Below are positions 39,130-53,584 of a stretch of DNA of 64,000 nt, in pieces. Position 1 is the stretch's first letter, and each line of letters opens with the position of its first letter. The notes beneath the pieces were generated by a model. It was not told the origin of the DNA and searched no databases. It was given only the letters and a program-made list of their open reading frames with translations. The stretch comes from Octopus sinensis (taxonomy: Eukaryota). The position numbers were made by a program, and so were the translations under genes. The stretch is taken from assembly GCF_006345805.1 (NCBI RefSeq), contig NC_043011.1, positions 36,840,464 through 36,904,463 on the forward strand, in the 5' to 3' direction.

Positions 39130-39271
39130 GAAGAGAGGGACAGGCAAAGAGAGAGAGAGAGCGAAAAAGAAAGAAACGTACATATGCGTGTATGTATTTG
39201 TACGTATACACTCACTCGAATGCCCTAACTACTAAACCACGCGCCTTCACTATATGTATATATATATATAC

Positions 39272-39814
39272 AAGTAATGAGAGAGAATCCACATGTGGTC
39301 ACTCTAACGCTGGATATAGATCCACGAAGGGAATCCACCACTAAAGAATTGTTCTCAAGAATTAATTCAACGCGCCGAGAATGTAAGCGAGCAGGACAAA
39401 TGAAAAATAACGAAAAAATAGATTAACTCTATACAATTGTATCACCGTTAATAGATTGTGTAATTTTACTTGCATAATCATTTTCAGATCTTCAGTAGAG
39501 TATATAAAAAAATCTAATTTGCTGAGTCGAACGCCAAAATTCACACGAAGCCGAACAAAGGCGAATGGCACAGCCGATTATATCTGCAGTTACGTTCAAA
39601 TATCCTCATTCTCGCGCGCTAAACCCGGATGTAAATACTACCCCAGTAATTTACTGGCGGTTTGAGAACATATTAATTTATAATTAAAATCACAATAGGG
39701 GTGAAAAAATGGAATATCAATTAATAACATCAATTTAAACACCAAGTGGCCTAGCGTATAAAAACTGGGATATAGTAAAAATTATTAATATAAGTAATGA
39801 GAGAGAGTCCACAT
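39272..39814 (-). mobile_element. 520-bp hammerhead unit with 23-bp terminal direct repeat
   Basis: AAGTAATGAGAGAGA(A/G)TCCACAT at 39272-39294 and 39792-39814. Flanked by (AT)n. Confidence 0.78.
39426..39501 (-). ncRNA. Minimal type-I hammerhead motif (A14 to U)
   Basis: ACTCTA-CTGAAGA-TCTG...CGGT-GAT-ACAATTGT-A-TAGAGT. Confidence 0.7.
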
Positions 39815-40141
39815 ATATATATGTACATGTAAGTTTGTGTGTGTGTATATGTATGTATATATATATATATATTATATATATATATATATATATAAATACA
39901 TATATATGTAATATATGTATATATATATATGTGTGTCCGTGTGTGTGTATGCATAGTTGCTTAGCTATCTATTTATTTATATTATATGCGTTGTGTATGT
40001 GTATGTATGCCTGCATATGAGTGTGTTTGTGTGTATTTCCTTCTGATAAATCGATTTTGAGACAGCGAAGCCACTTGTAAGGTCGTCGACATACTTGAAA
40101 ATACCAGCGAAATTGAGTTTTATTCGAATATTTACTTTTTG

Positions 40142-40960
40142 TAAGACGGTGAACTGGGAGAATCGTTAGCACACCAGGAAAATTAAGTACCACTGGCATA
40201 CTGGGGTCGATATAATCGACTGGCTTCCTCCTCAAAATTTTCGGGCCTTGTGCATTGAGTAGAAAAGAATAATACCTTGTCTTAAGGCCGCGAGGTGGCA
40301 GACACGTTAGCACGACGGTTGAAATGTAAAGCGGTATTTCGTCTGCCGCTACGTTCTGAGTTCAGATTCCGTCGAGGTCGACTTTGCCTTTCATCCTTTC
40401 GGGGTCGATAAATCAAGTACCAGTTGCATACTGGGGTCGATATAATCGACTGGCTTCCTCCTCAAATTTTCGGGCCTTGTGCATTGAGTAGAAAAGAATA
40501 ATACCTTGTCTTAAGGCCGCGAGGTGGCAGACACGTTAGCACGACGGTTGAAATGTAAAGCGGTATTTCGTCTGCCGCTACGTTCTGAGTTCAGATTCCG
40601 TCGAGGTCGACTTTGCCTTTCATCCTTTCGGGGTCGATAAATCAAGTACCAGTTGCATACTGGGGTCGATATAATCGACTGGCTTCCTCCTCAAAATTTC
40701 GGGCCTTGTGCATTGAGTAGAAAAGAATAATACCTTGTCTTAAGGCCGCGAGGTGGCAGACACGTTAGCACGACGGTTGAAATGTAAAGCGGTATTTCGT
40801 CTGCCGCTATGTTCTGTGTTCAAATTCCGCCGAGGTCGACTTTGTCTTTCATCCTTTCGGCATCGATAAATTAAGCACCATTTGAGTAATAGGGTCGATC
40901 TAATCGACTTATCCCCTCCCCCAAAATTTCAGGCCTTGTGCCTATAGCACAAAGGATATT
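40142..40960 (+). mobile_element. Tandem array of SINE B, 229-bp period
   Basis: TTAAGGCCGCGAGG at 40282, 40511 and 40740. Confidence 0.93.
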
Positions 40961-41103
40961 GTTTAAAGATATTGTTTTGATGGGTTTTGTTTTTCTAATG
41001 TGTGATTTGTAAGGACACGATTGCTATTTCTATCGATTCCAACACCAAATTAAAGTTTATATGGAAACGCAAAGAGCAGTAACTAACTAATTAACTAACA
41101 GCC

Positions 41104-41159
<56 letters not shown>

Positions 41160-41754
41160 TATTATTATTATCATTATCATTATTAACCTAGCTGGCAGAT
41201 TGATTAGTTCGCTAAACAAAAGTCTTGATGTTATTTCTCTCGGCTTCATGCTCTGAATTCAAATCCTACCGAGGCTGACATTGCCCTTCATCCTTTCAGA
41301 GTCAATAAATTTAATACCAAATGCGCACTGGGATAAATTATTTCTCTTCCTTTGTTTTTATGTCAAGTTTTGTTGGAACTCCTGGAATATTGCACCCGTA
41401 GCGGACTTGCCGCCTATAGCCTACGGTACCATGCTATTTGTTCTTTTGAGCTATTTCATAGCTGTCCACGAGTGCAAGGTAGTCACACACGTTGATTGAC
41501 TTTAGATAAATCTACTGCTCCGACTCAACCTAGGGCTGTATTTCTTCAGTAATTGTCATTGAGGAAGGATAAATCTGCAAACGCGTCTAGAAGTCCAGTA
41601 GGAGAACCAGTGGTCAGATATGGGGATTTTACCATAAGAGAGAATCTTTTTCTCCACAGTAACTGTAAGGAACTTACTTTTAAAAGTTAAAATATGTCAC
41701 AAACGTATTCATCATCACTGTTTGGTGCTGATGTTGCTATATACATATATGCGG

Positions 41755-42085
41755 AGACCCCCTTCGATCATGAATGACCATTGGATTGCACCTAGAAAGT
41801 AACTCTTCGAGGCACAAGTCTGGGCAAGGTTGTTTATGGAAGACCAGAAGTCGCCCATGCATACCAGCCTCCCCTCCCCACACCACATGTTATCCAAGGA
41901 AAAGGCAAAGGCCGATACAACTTGGCACCAGTGATGTCGCAACTCATTTCTACAGCTGAGTGAACTGGAGTAACATGAAATAATGTGTCTTGTTCAAGAA
42001 CACAACTCGCAGCCCGGTTCTGGATTCGAAATCACAACCTCACAATCGTAATCTCGACGCCCTAACCACTGAGCCATGCGCCTTC
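41755..42085 (-). mobile_element. tRNA-derived SINE family D
   Basis: Head GAAGGCGCATGGCTCAGTGGTTAGGGC..TTCGAATCC. Body TTGAACAAGACAC..CCAGTTCACTCAGCTGTAGAAATGAG. Confidence 0.85.
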
Positions 42086-42739
42086 ACATATATACATATG
42101 TATCAATGAAATATAAAGATAAAATCTATATAAGATTTTATCAAGTTGCCAGCGTGTAAAACCAATTAAGATAAAAAATGAATATGATATATATAATTTT
42201 TTTAAATACATTATCACATTAAGGGTTGTTACTGTAAGTAAATCCACACGCTGGAAAGGGACGCTAAAGTCAAACTACTTTATCACATATGTATATATAC
42301 TTTCTTTCAACTAAAATCACCCAAAAGACATTGGGTTGTCCGGAGCTATGGAAGAATAACGTTTGCCCAACGTGTCGTGCAGTGAGGTTGAAACAGAAAC
42401 GTCCTGTTTGTAAAGTGAACTTCTTAAATAAACAGTGATATTTGTGTCATTATTCTGAGAAATTAACTCACTTGTTTACATCAAAATCTATGGCACTGTT
42501 TGTTGTACCCTTTACAAATATAAAAATGTAGCCAAAACACAACCTGAAACTGTTTGACAACCATCTGACTATACCTTTGTATTTCAGCACACGAATCAAG
42601 GAGAAAACAATGACATAGACAGCCTTGAACACGGGGTGGACCGATGGATCGTAGTGACATCTATGATGGTCAAAGCAAGGTGAACGCGGTCGGGGAGCGT
42701 TACCTTAAATAAGCTCAGCTATGAAATCAGAACTATAAA

Positions 42740-43435
42740 ACATAGAAAGAACAAATGGCCAACACTCCATGGCCAACACCCTGCAAGAATTGACAGAGAA
42801 GAAGTGAGCCGAAGTAAAAGCTTGAAGTGAAGAAGTGAGCCGAAGTAAAAGCAAAGAATAGCTCAAAAGCTCTTGACTAAAAGGTGAAACGGAAGGACTG
42901 ATTCTCGCTGCTCAAGACCAGTGCCTCTCTACGAACAACTATAAAATCAAAATGATGAAAACAGACCCTAACAACACGTGTAGAATCTGCAACCACCAAA
43001 ATGAGACAGTTAACCACATCATCTATGGCTATCCAGTCCTTGCTAAATTTCAGTATATATACAGACATGACCGAGTAAGCAGTTACATTCACTGGACAAT
43101 GTATCAACAGTACAACAAAAAAATCTGACAATAAATGGTACAAATATGTGCCAAACAATGTACAGGACAACGATACAGAAGTGAAAGGTAATCGCCCAGA
43201 CATAGTAATCAAGAATGGGGGGAAAAAACCCACCTTCTTCGTGTTAGACATTGCAGTCCCTTCTCACCAAAATATTGTCCAAAAAGAAGTGGAGAAATTG
43301 TCAAAGTAGGACATCGAGTTTGAAGTATTCAAGAGGTGGGGCATGCAGGTGAAAACAATACCAATAATTGGAGCACTGAGCATGATTAAAAAGTCATGAG
43401 CAAAAACGTAGAAGCTGTACCTGGATCCAAACCTC
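42740..43435 (+). pseudogene. Old Dong/R4-clade fragment
   Basis: LHGQH..KGETEGLILAAQDQCLSTNNY..CRICNHQNETVNHIIYGYPVLAK..RHDRV..IHW, NRPDIVI, VLDIAVP. Confidence 0.88.
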
Positions 43436-43439
43436 CAAA

Positions 43440-43894
<455 letters not shown>

Positions 43895-44369
43895 CAGAAC
43901 CCGTGTAAATTAAGAGGGCTTATTTAAGGAAAAAAGAATGATTTGTATTTTGATAGCCCTCATATTTTAGGTTTCTTCAAATTTTCTTGATATTCGTCTT
44001 CATCCATTTCTTTACGTCACCTTAGGTGATTTTTTTTTTTCCTCTTTTAAATATATATTCTCGCTGTTCCTCTCGAATCCGTGCTCTATATCTGCGCATC
44101 CTTTCCCGGGCAGCTTCCGATCGTATTTCTTGTGATGCCAGAGTTTAGGCAAAAACCAACCTTTATGAACAACTATCAATTTTTTTAAAGCGAGCATACG
44201 ATAAATAATTGCACTTATGCGCGTGTGTTAAGCGATGGTCGCTATGAAAAAATTAGTTCAATTCATTAAAAAAAAAAAACGTCATTAACATTTATTTCTC
44301 CACCTTTTTCTCTCGCTCTTCGCAACTAAATTCAGCAGAGAACATTTGGCCTAGGTGTATTACTATTAG

Positions 44370-44782
44370 TAAGATGGTAAGCTGACATAATCGTTAGCAT
44401 GCCGGGTGAAATGCTTAGTGGTATTTCGACCGCCGTTACGTTCTGAGTTCAAATTCCGCCGAGGTCGACTTCGCCTTTCATCATTTCGGGGTCTATAAAT
44501 TAAGTACTAGTTACGCACTGGGGTCGATATAATCGACTTAATCCGTTTGTCTGTCCTTGTTTGTCCTCTCTGTGTTTAGCCCCTTGTGAGTAGTAAAGAA
44601 ATAGATATTTCGACCGCCGCTAAGTTCTGAGTTCAAATTCCGCCAAGGTCGACATTGCACGTCATCCTTTCGGGCTCGATTAAATAAGCACTGTGGTCGA
44701 TGTAATCGACTTAATCTTTTCGTCTGTTCTTGTTTGTCCCCTCTATGTTTAGCCCTACCCACCGTGGACACTAAAGAAATAA
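44370..44782 (+). mobile_element. SINE B with partial tandem duplication
   Basis: Head, core and tail, then a second core and tail. Confidence 0.88.
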
Positions 44783-45286
44783 GAAATGAGATTAATCAAC
44801 TTTCTCTTCTTCCCCTCTTCTTTTTTCACTCCTCATCACTCTTCTCTCTCTCTCTTTTTCTCTCTTTCTCTTTCTCACACTCTCACTCTTTCTTCCTCTC
44901 TCCCTCTTACCAACTCCTCCTTTCACTCCACCTCCGCCCCTTTGACTAACTAACGTATAACGGACGAAAGAACAAGCATTTTCTTCTCCTCCTCCTCCTC
45001 CTCCTCCTTCTTCTTCTTCTTATTATTATTAATATCCTTATAGAAGTTGTAGTAGCAGTATTAGTAATAGCAGCAGTAGTAGTGGCAACAGTAGCAGCAG
45101 CAGTAGTAGTAGTAGTAGTAATAGCAGTAGTAGTAGCAACAGTAGTAGTAGTAGTAGTAGTAGCAGCAGCAGCAGAGCTACTTGTAATACCAGTAGATGC
45201 TGATGTTGCAGTGAATTCTGATTAAATTCTAACATTAAAAAGACGAACGATAAAAAGGAAAAAACAGGTGTAAAATAATAATAATG

Positions 45287-45323
<37 letters not shown>

Positions 45324-46432
45324 TAATAATAATAATAATAATAATAGTAACAACAACAACAACCACAACAATAAAGAAAAAATAATCGAATTTTGAAACT
45401 TGGTTTAGTGGAAAATATTTTAATGTGCTAACTGGATATTACATCAGGTTATCATATGCAAATATTTGATGCAATTAATATAGTTTTCCCCTTCATTTTG
45501 GGGGTTTCTTTTATTTTAATATGTTTTTCAAACATATAACACTTGAACAAATATTGGATTTTGGTCATCATTCAATTTAAATTGTCTTCTGGAAGAAACA
45601 TTATTGAATGCGTTGTACGTATGGATGCATTATATGTGTGTGTACGGGTAGAAATATATCAGTGTATATATATATATATATATATATACATATATATAAG
45701 TGTATATATGTTTGTATATATATATATATATATATATATGTGTATATATATATTATATATATATATATATATGTTTGTGTGTGTGTATGTATTTATGTAT
45801 ATGTATGCATCTATCTATGCCTATAAATATACAGACTTGTGTGTGCACACATGTGTAGATGTCTACGTACATTTCGTGTATATATTTTTAATACATCTAA
45901 GTTATATATCTACATGCATATATATATATATATATACACGCGTCTGTGTGTGTGTGCGTGTATATGTATATGTATATACATGTAGGTGTGTGTATGTGTG
46001 TATTCATAGTCATAAATACAGCAGCCTTAGAATTATAGGTTTACACTTGTGTATGCGTACGTATATATGTATGTTCCGTGTATATTGGACTCTTCAAAGG
46101 ATTTGGCTAAATGAAAAGCAGAGAAATGTTTCTAAGCTGGCAAGATAGAGATAGAGATAATAACACTGAAGCAAAGAAAGAGGATAGATAGAAAGAAAGA
46201 TGTAGACAGGAAAGTGGAGGAGTTTGCAACTGAGAGATTAAAGAACGGAAGAAAGACAGAGAGGGGAAATATTTTGGAGGGGTTGGGAGTTGGGGTGGAA
46301 ATAAAATAGAAAAGCGAGAAGGCCAAAGCTCTCACCTCTACTGCACATCAAAGGAAAAAATAGTCTGCAATTAGCATTTGGGGTATTGTAGATGTATTTG
46401 ATTGTGGTATTCGTGTCGCTATGATGGGTGTG

Positions 46433-46464
<32 letters not shown>

Positions 46465-46910
46465 TGTATGTATGTATGTATGTATGTATGTATGTATGTA
46501 TGTATGTATGTATGTATGCGTATGTATGTGTGTATGCATGTATGCATGTGTGAATGTGTGTATATATGTATGTATGTGTGTATGTGTGTATGTATGTGTG
46601 TTGTATATTCTGTTTTGAAGTGTGGTGTGTGCGTGGCTTAGTGTATGAATGTTTGTTGCGATGTGTGCTCTGCCCAGGTATATGTGTGTGTCCGTGTGTC
46701 CGTGTGTGTGTGTGTGTGGTAAGATGTGAATGGAAGGGAAATAAGATATATAAAATATATATATATATACATACATGTACACATATACATACACACATAT
46801 ATACATACACTATATATATGCATATATATATGTATATATATATATATATATATATACACATTATATATATTTATATATGTATATATATATATATATGTAT
46901 GTATATATAA

Positions 46911-46946
<36 letters not shown>

Positions 46947-47129
46947 CATAAAGAAATATTGATACAATATCGAAATATGAAATATCTCTGGCAAACAGAA
47001 GATTCTCTCTGATCTAGCATCAGAAATGGTTTTTTTTATTCTTTTATTCTTTTATATGCTTCAGCCTTTCTCTATTTTTTTGTTTTTTTTTTGTTTTGTA
47101 GTGATTAGTTCTATGAGGAATATGTCATA

Positions 47130-47503
47130 ACGATGTTGATGATGATGAGGATGATGATGATATTCGTGGTGATGGTGGTGAGGATGATGATGATGATGAT
47201 AGTGATGGTGATAAAAATGATGATGATGACGATGATGATGGCGATGATGATGATGACGGTGACGACGGCAACGACCACGATGACGATGAGGATGGTGATG
47301 ATGATGATGATAGTGAAGATATATTGATGTTGATGATTCTGATAACTACGCTGATGATGATCACTATGATGATGATCATCATCATGATGGCGATAATGAA
47401 GATGATTATTCGGGAAAAACAGTAGGAAGAGGAAAAAACCACTGATTGGCGTTTGATGGCGTTGGTCTTGTTTTAATGGTGTTGATGGTGGTAATAGCGA
47501 GAG

Positions 47504-47563
<60 letters not shown>

Positions 47564-47641
47564 CGATGACGTTGATGGTGAAGATGATGATGATGAAGAT
47601 GAAGATGATGATGATGGTGATGATGATGAAGATGGTGATGG

Positions 47642-47679
<38 letters not shown>

Positions 47680-47750
47680 GTGATGATGATGGTGATGATG
47701 ATGAAGGAAATGACGACGGCACCGGTCACCATGCGACGGCGCTGATGATG
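47130..47750. repeat. (GAT)n microsatellite tracts
   Basis: Triplet runs. Confidence 0.93.
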
Positions 47751-48754
47751 ACGGGGGTATAAAGCTTACGTATTAGAAATGCGAGCGGCGATAATCTTCG
47801 TTTAATTCTTTTCCTTTCGTTGTGATGACAAGGCTGAAAATAGGTGATGACAAAAGCACGAGGATTAGAATCTTATTGTCATGTTTATATTATGGACGAC
47901 TGAAATATCTTGGAGTCGTGGTTGTATCGGTAACGGATACAATCTCAATATCCTCGTACTCTGTTGTGTCTGGGGAGGGTCATGCTCTTTTTGCGCCTTG
48001 AAATTTAATACACTCACCGGTAAAATTTCCACTGAATACTTATTTTTATTTTCCTAAGATTTTCGTTGCATCTTGCAACCTTTTCAATAGTCTTGACTTT
48101 GTCCGTTATTTACACTGCGTTCCTTTTTGTTTGTTTGTGCGCATGTGTGTGGTTCAGTGTGTGTGTGTGTGTGTGTGCCTATACATGTATGTATGCATGT
48201 ATGTATCTATGTATCTATGTATGTATGTATCTATGTATGTATCTATATATCTATGCCTCTGTGTGTATGTATATATGTGTGTGTGCATCTGTATGTATTC
48301 TGCATATTCATATGCTTGCATGTCAGTGTTTGTGTATTTTTTATGTATGTGTGTGAGCATGTGTTTGTATATGTATGCACCTCTTTCTCCTTGTGTGCAT
48401 GTCGGTGTGTGTGTGTGTTTTGCAACTATGTACCATGTTTGTATGTATGGACCTGCATCTCCATATGTGTGGACACGTGCCTCCATGTCTCCTTGTGTGG
48501 AGTAAAGTGTGTGTGTTTATATGGTCATGTTTTTCAGTCTCCATTTGCGTATGTGTGCTTGTCTGTTCATATAACCTATGTACCTATCCGTCTCTATGCT
48601 GATCTGTTTATTTTCATATCCATATGCTTACATATATGTGCATGTACACATATATACCCACACGCACGCATACATACATCTATCTACATAACAGCCCACT
48701 AATTATTCTACTCTACCTGTATAAACTGTGGGTATGGAAGAAAATATCCTAGTA

Positions 48755-49347
48755 GTTATCCTTTCTATTTAAGGCACATCGACCACAGTACTCAACTGGT
48801 ACTTATTGTATCGACCATGAAGTGACGAAAGACAAGGGCGACTACAGCAGAATTTGAATCCAGAAGGGGAAGAGGCACGAAATGCCGCTAAGCATTTTTC
48901 GCGGCGTGTTTAACGATTCTGCCACCTCACCGCCTTAATCATAATAATAATATGGTTGCAAATGTTGCAGAATGCCACTAATTTGTGGGGTGGACCACAA
49001 TGATAAACCGGTACTTAATTTGTCGACCCGAAATGATAAAATGCAAAGGGGATCTCGGCGGAATTTGAACCTGAATTTAAAGACGGTCAAAATGTTGCTA
49101 ACGATTCTGCCAGCTCTGTATAAAATATATTCTTTTCTACTCTAGGCACAAGACCCGAAATGCTTGAGGAGGGGACCAGTCGATTGCATCGACCCCAGTA
49201 TGCAACTGGTACTTAATTTATCGATTCCGAAAAGATGAAAGGCGAAGTCGACCTCGGCGGAATTTGAACTCAGAACAACTTAAAGACAGAAGAAATACCA
49301 CTAAACATTTCGCTCGGCGTGCTAGCGTTTCTGCCAGCTCACCACCT
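48755..49347 (-). mobile_element. Three adjacent SINE B copies or fragments
   Basis: Repeated GGTACTTAATTT.TCGA..GAATTTGAA..TTCTGCCAGCTC. Confidence 0.85.
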
Positions 49348-49368
49348 CATGGTAGTAATAATATTAAT

Positions 49369-49728
49369 AAAGGCGGCGAGCTGGCAGAAACGTCAGCACG
49401 CCGGGCGAATTGCGTAGCCGTATTTCGTCTGCCGTTACGTTCTGAGTTCAAATTCCGCCGAGGTCGACTTTGCCTTTTATCCTTTCGAGGTCGATATATT
49501 ACACACTGGGGTCGATGTAATCGACTTAATCCGTTTGTCTGTCCGTGTTTGTCCCCTCTGTGTTTAGCCCCTTATGTGTAGTAAAGAAATGGGTATTTCG
49601 TCTGTCATTACGTTCTGAGTTCAAATTCCGTCAAGGTCGACTTTGTCTTTCATCGTTTCGGGCTCGATAAATTAAGTACCAGAATTTCCAAAAATTTCGG
49701 GCCTTGTGCCTAGAGTAGAAAAGGATAA
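49369..49728 (+). mobile_element. SINE B composite
   Basis: AAGGCGGCGAGCTGGCAGAAACG head and duplicated core. Confidence 0.9.
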
Positions 49729-50116
49729 TATCAATAATCTTTTCTATTGTAGGCATACACCTGAAATTTGTCGGGATGAGACGAGTCGATTGTTAATATT
49801 TTATTAGTTGTAATGTGAAGGATTAATTGTGGAAACGATTGCCTTAGTTGTGATGTCTATGGGCGATGTGGTTGTTAATATTTGATTGATTGCGATGTGC
49901 GTTTTTGTTTGTGTTTTCGGGCAAATTCTTTTATTCCTTCCGTTGTTTCTAGTTGTTATGGTTGCAGTTAAGCAATCCCTAATTTTGGTGTCTTTCGAAA
50001 TTCTGATGGCTATTATCCTGATTCTTATCAATGGTGTCATTGGTTGTGGTTGTTACTATTGTGATTAAGATTTTATTGTCTGTGATGGTTTTAGCTGTTA
50101 TAGTTGTGACTATGGT

Positions 50117-50413
50117 CAGTGGTGGACCGGATCTAAAAATATTGGTTGCCAGGAGACTAAGGGCTCCACTCGCAACTACGAAGGGGGAGCACCTGCAACT
50201 ACAATGCTGTCATTTTCTTTTGTTTTTTCTTTTTTGTTAAATGTATTTTTTTCAACTGTCTACAAACACATCCAAGCTGAAATAATTAATGAATTCTTCT
50301 AGGAGTGAATAAAAAATTTCTCAAACTTGAGGGCCCTTAGATACTAAAATGTGCCCCGACGCAGGTGTCCACTTTTCATCGAGCAAGATGGCAACCTGGC
50401 CAGTCCGCCACTG
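50117..50413. mobile_element. hAT-like MITE
   Basis: TIRs CAGTGGTGGACCGG / CCAGTCCGCCACTG and a perfect 8-bp TSD ACTATGGT (50109-50116, 50414-50421). Confidence 0.88.
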
Positions 50414-51066
50414 ACTATGGTTATGATTTAACAAGCTGTGATGTAGAGTTGTAGCTCTGTCAATTTATTGGTTTTAATATTTAGAGACGTGGTTTCTGGT
50501 TTAGAAATTATTGGTTGAGATGGTTGGTTATAGTATGCTACGGTTCTAATTGTTGTCGTTATTGTTGAGATATCACTGCTTCTGATATCTGTTCAATTAT
50601 CACAATATTTCATTGGTTGTGATATTCATTAGTGTTTTGTGATGTGAATTTTGGTTTGTGTTGTGGTTGTAAAGTTTGTTAGTATTGTTCCTATAAGATG
50701 ATTGTGGATGTTAGGCTTGTAGGTAAGATTTTATTCTTTGTGACAATCGACGTGTTGCAGTGCATATATAGTTAAAATATATAATTTATAATTTACAGCC
50801 TTCTTCACTGGGTGGCGAACCGGCAGAAGCGTTAGCGCAACGGCCAAAATGATTAGCGGCATTTAAAGTTCAAATTCTGCCGAAGTCGACTTTGTCCTTG
50901 ATCCTTTTGGACCGATAAAATAAGTATCAGTTGGTGGAAGGGTCAATTTCATCGACTTAGACCTTCCTAGAAATTGCTGGCCATGTCTGAAGATATGAAA
51001 TCTATATATAACCTTCCTGGAATTCGAACAAGGCATGTTTAGGTGAGAGAGTGAAACTTAAATATT

Positions 51067-51464
51067 CTTTTCTAGTCTAGACACAAGGCCCGACATTTTT
51101 CGGAAAGGGGTCAGTCGATTAGATCGACACCAGTACGCAGCTTGTACTTAATTTATCCACCCCGAAAGGATGAAAGGCAAAGACGACCTCGGTGGAATTT
51201 GAACTCAGAACGTAACGGCAGACGAAATACCTATTTCTTTATTGCCCACAAGGGGCTAAACATAGCGGGGACAAACAAGGACAGGCAAAGGGATTAAGTC
51301 GATTACATCGACCCAGTGCGTTACTGGTACTTGATTTATCGACCCCGAAAGGATGGAAAGCAAAGTCGACCTCGGCGGAATTTGAATTTAGAACGTAACG
51401 GTATGACGAAATACTGCTAAGCATTTCACCAAGCGTGCTAACGTTTCTGCCAGCTCGCCGTCTT
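51067..51464 (-). mobile_element. SINE B composite with 17-bp TSD
   Basis: AGTGAAACTTAAATATT at 51050-51066 and 51465-51481. Confidence 0.92.
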
Positions 51465-52836
51465 AGTGAAACTTAAATATTACAGTATTTGTTAATGGTG
51501 ATCAGAATTATATTTGGCTGTACTCCTAAATACATGATGCTTACGGATTTTTATTTTTCTCCCCAGACATCCATCCTTGACGTCAGGATTTTGATAAGTT
51601 GAAAAACAGAAATTTTAATTTTCGAAACTAAACGTCTTAGAGAAAATTCCTTTATCTTTTAGCGAGCTTCCAAAAACTTCGGTGTTCAGCTCTCAGCAGA
51701 AAAGTATCTTCTCACTACCAAAAGCTGTGTGTCATTAGAAAGGTGTTTAACAAGATAATTTTAATCCTTCATCTTACTCTCTCGGAGCTTATTCTTCCTG
51801 CACCGCAAGCTATGTCCTACATTTATCGATAACTCTTTCACTTCTCATATTTCGGCAATTTCATCATTCCTTAATAAACATGTATAACCTGCATATAAGA
51901 CATGATACATTACGTTTACAAAAAAACTATTGCCTTATGTTAATAAACTTGTTATTTAACATGTGTTTTGTAGTTGTTGTTTGGATATTATTGTCTCTGA
52001 TGGATGTTGTGAATGTTTGTTGCTATTGTAGGAGGGGTGGTTGTAGTCCTGGTAGTGGTTGCATTAGCTGTAATGGTTGTGGGTGTTGTGATTTCGTTCA
52101 AGATTATTGTTGTGTGATGGTTGTAGCTGTGTTTGTAGTTAAACCGTTACAAATTATAAACCTGTGAGTGCTGTGGGTACCAAGACTGCGGATACATGTG
52201 TATGTGTGTGCGAGTGTGTCTGTGCGTTCGTGCTTGTATATGCGTTGTGTGTGTGTTGTGTGTGTATTTGGGTTTGTTCAGCCCCCGAGTCAAAATCTGT
52301 CGTTCAACTCTTCATTGGCGTACATGGAGAAAACATTCTTTTTTTGTTTTTACAAAATATGACCATAAACAAACGTGGATGAATATTTGCAAAAGTACCC
52401 AACAATGAAAGCAAATATTCTCTGTGTAACTCTCAACACCACCTCCAAGAACAACAGCAACAACCATATCACTACCACCACTACCATCATACATCTCTCA
52501 TTTCTATAACTAACCTCCTGTATCTGATGCTTCGCCTTCATTCTTTACTCTCTTCTTTTCCTGTAACCAATACTCTGCCACCGTTCTCCACCGCACTTCC
52601 CACCTGTTTTTTTCTTTTTTTCCGTTGTTTTTTTTTTCCTGTACATCAACATTCAATACGTGCAAAACTCCATGGTGAATGCTGACATAATTTTATCGAC
52701 ATTTTCAAATAATATAAAGATTTTATTTTTAAAAATGGAAAGCAAACCGCAACAGCAATAACTTATGTAACGGACAATAACAACAGCACATTAATGACAA
52801 CACTGATAAATGTTCGCATAACAAAATAAATACATA

Positions 52837-52904
<68 letters not shown>

Positions 52905-52928
52905 TAATAATAATAGTAATAATAATAA

Positions 52929-53026
<98 letters not shown>

Positions 53027-53269
53027 TTAATAATAATAATAATAAAGGAAAAATCAGCCTTTCTTAAAATGTGACATTTTTAGAAATAATGTTTGACATT
53101 TTGTGTGATTTGATTTTTCTTTGCCGACTTTTGTTGTTTTACTTTCGTTATTTTTTTTACCTTTAAACTTCGATTCTGAAACTAAAATTAACTATTGCTG
53201 TAGTGTGCTGACTTTTTCAGTGTATGGGGGAAAATGAGCAAAAAAGTAATAAGGGATGCATAAATTCAA

Positions 53270-53373
<104 letters not shown>

Positions 53374-53446
53374 ATCTATCTATCTATCCCCCTCTCTCTC
53401 TATCTATCTATATCTGTTTATCTATCTATTTATCTTTCTATCTATA

Positions 53447-53510
<64 letters not shown>

Positions 53511-53514
53511 CATC

Positions 53515-53584
<70 letters not shown>

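Noticed and set aside
40142-40960. CRISPR-like periodicity
   Set aside because: The whole 229-bp unit repeats with no unique spacers, and it is a eukaryotic SINE.
42799-42852. 24-bp direct repeat (similarly a duplication of about 39 bp at 59571-59650)
   Set aside because: Simple local duplications in or beside decayed elements.
47857-47957. Nested short hairpins closed by ACGAGGAT/ATCCTCGT
   Set aside because: Stems of 6-8 bp are within chance expectation, and no RNA family motif was recognised.
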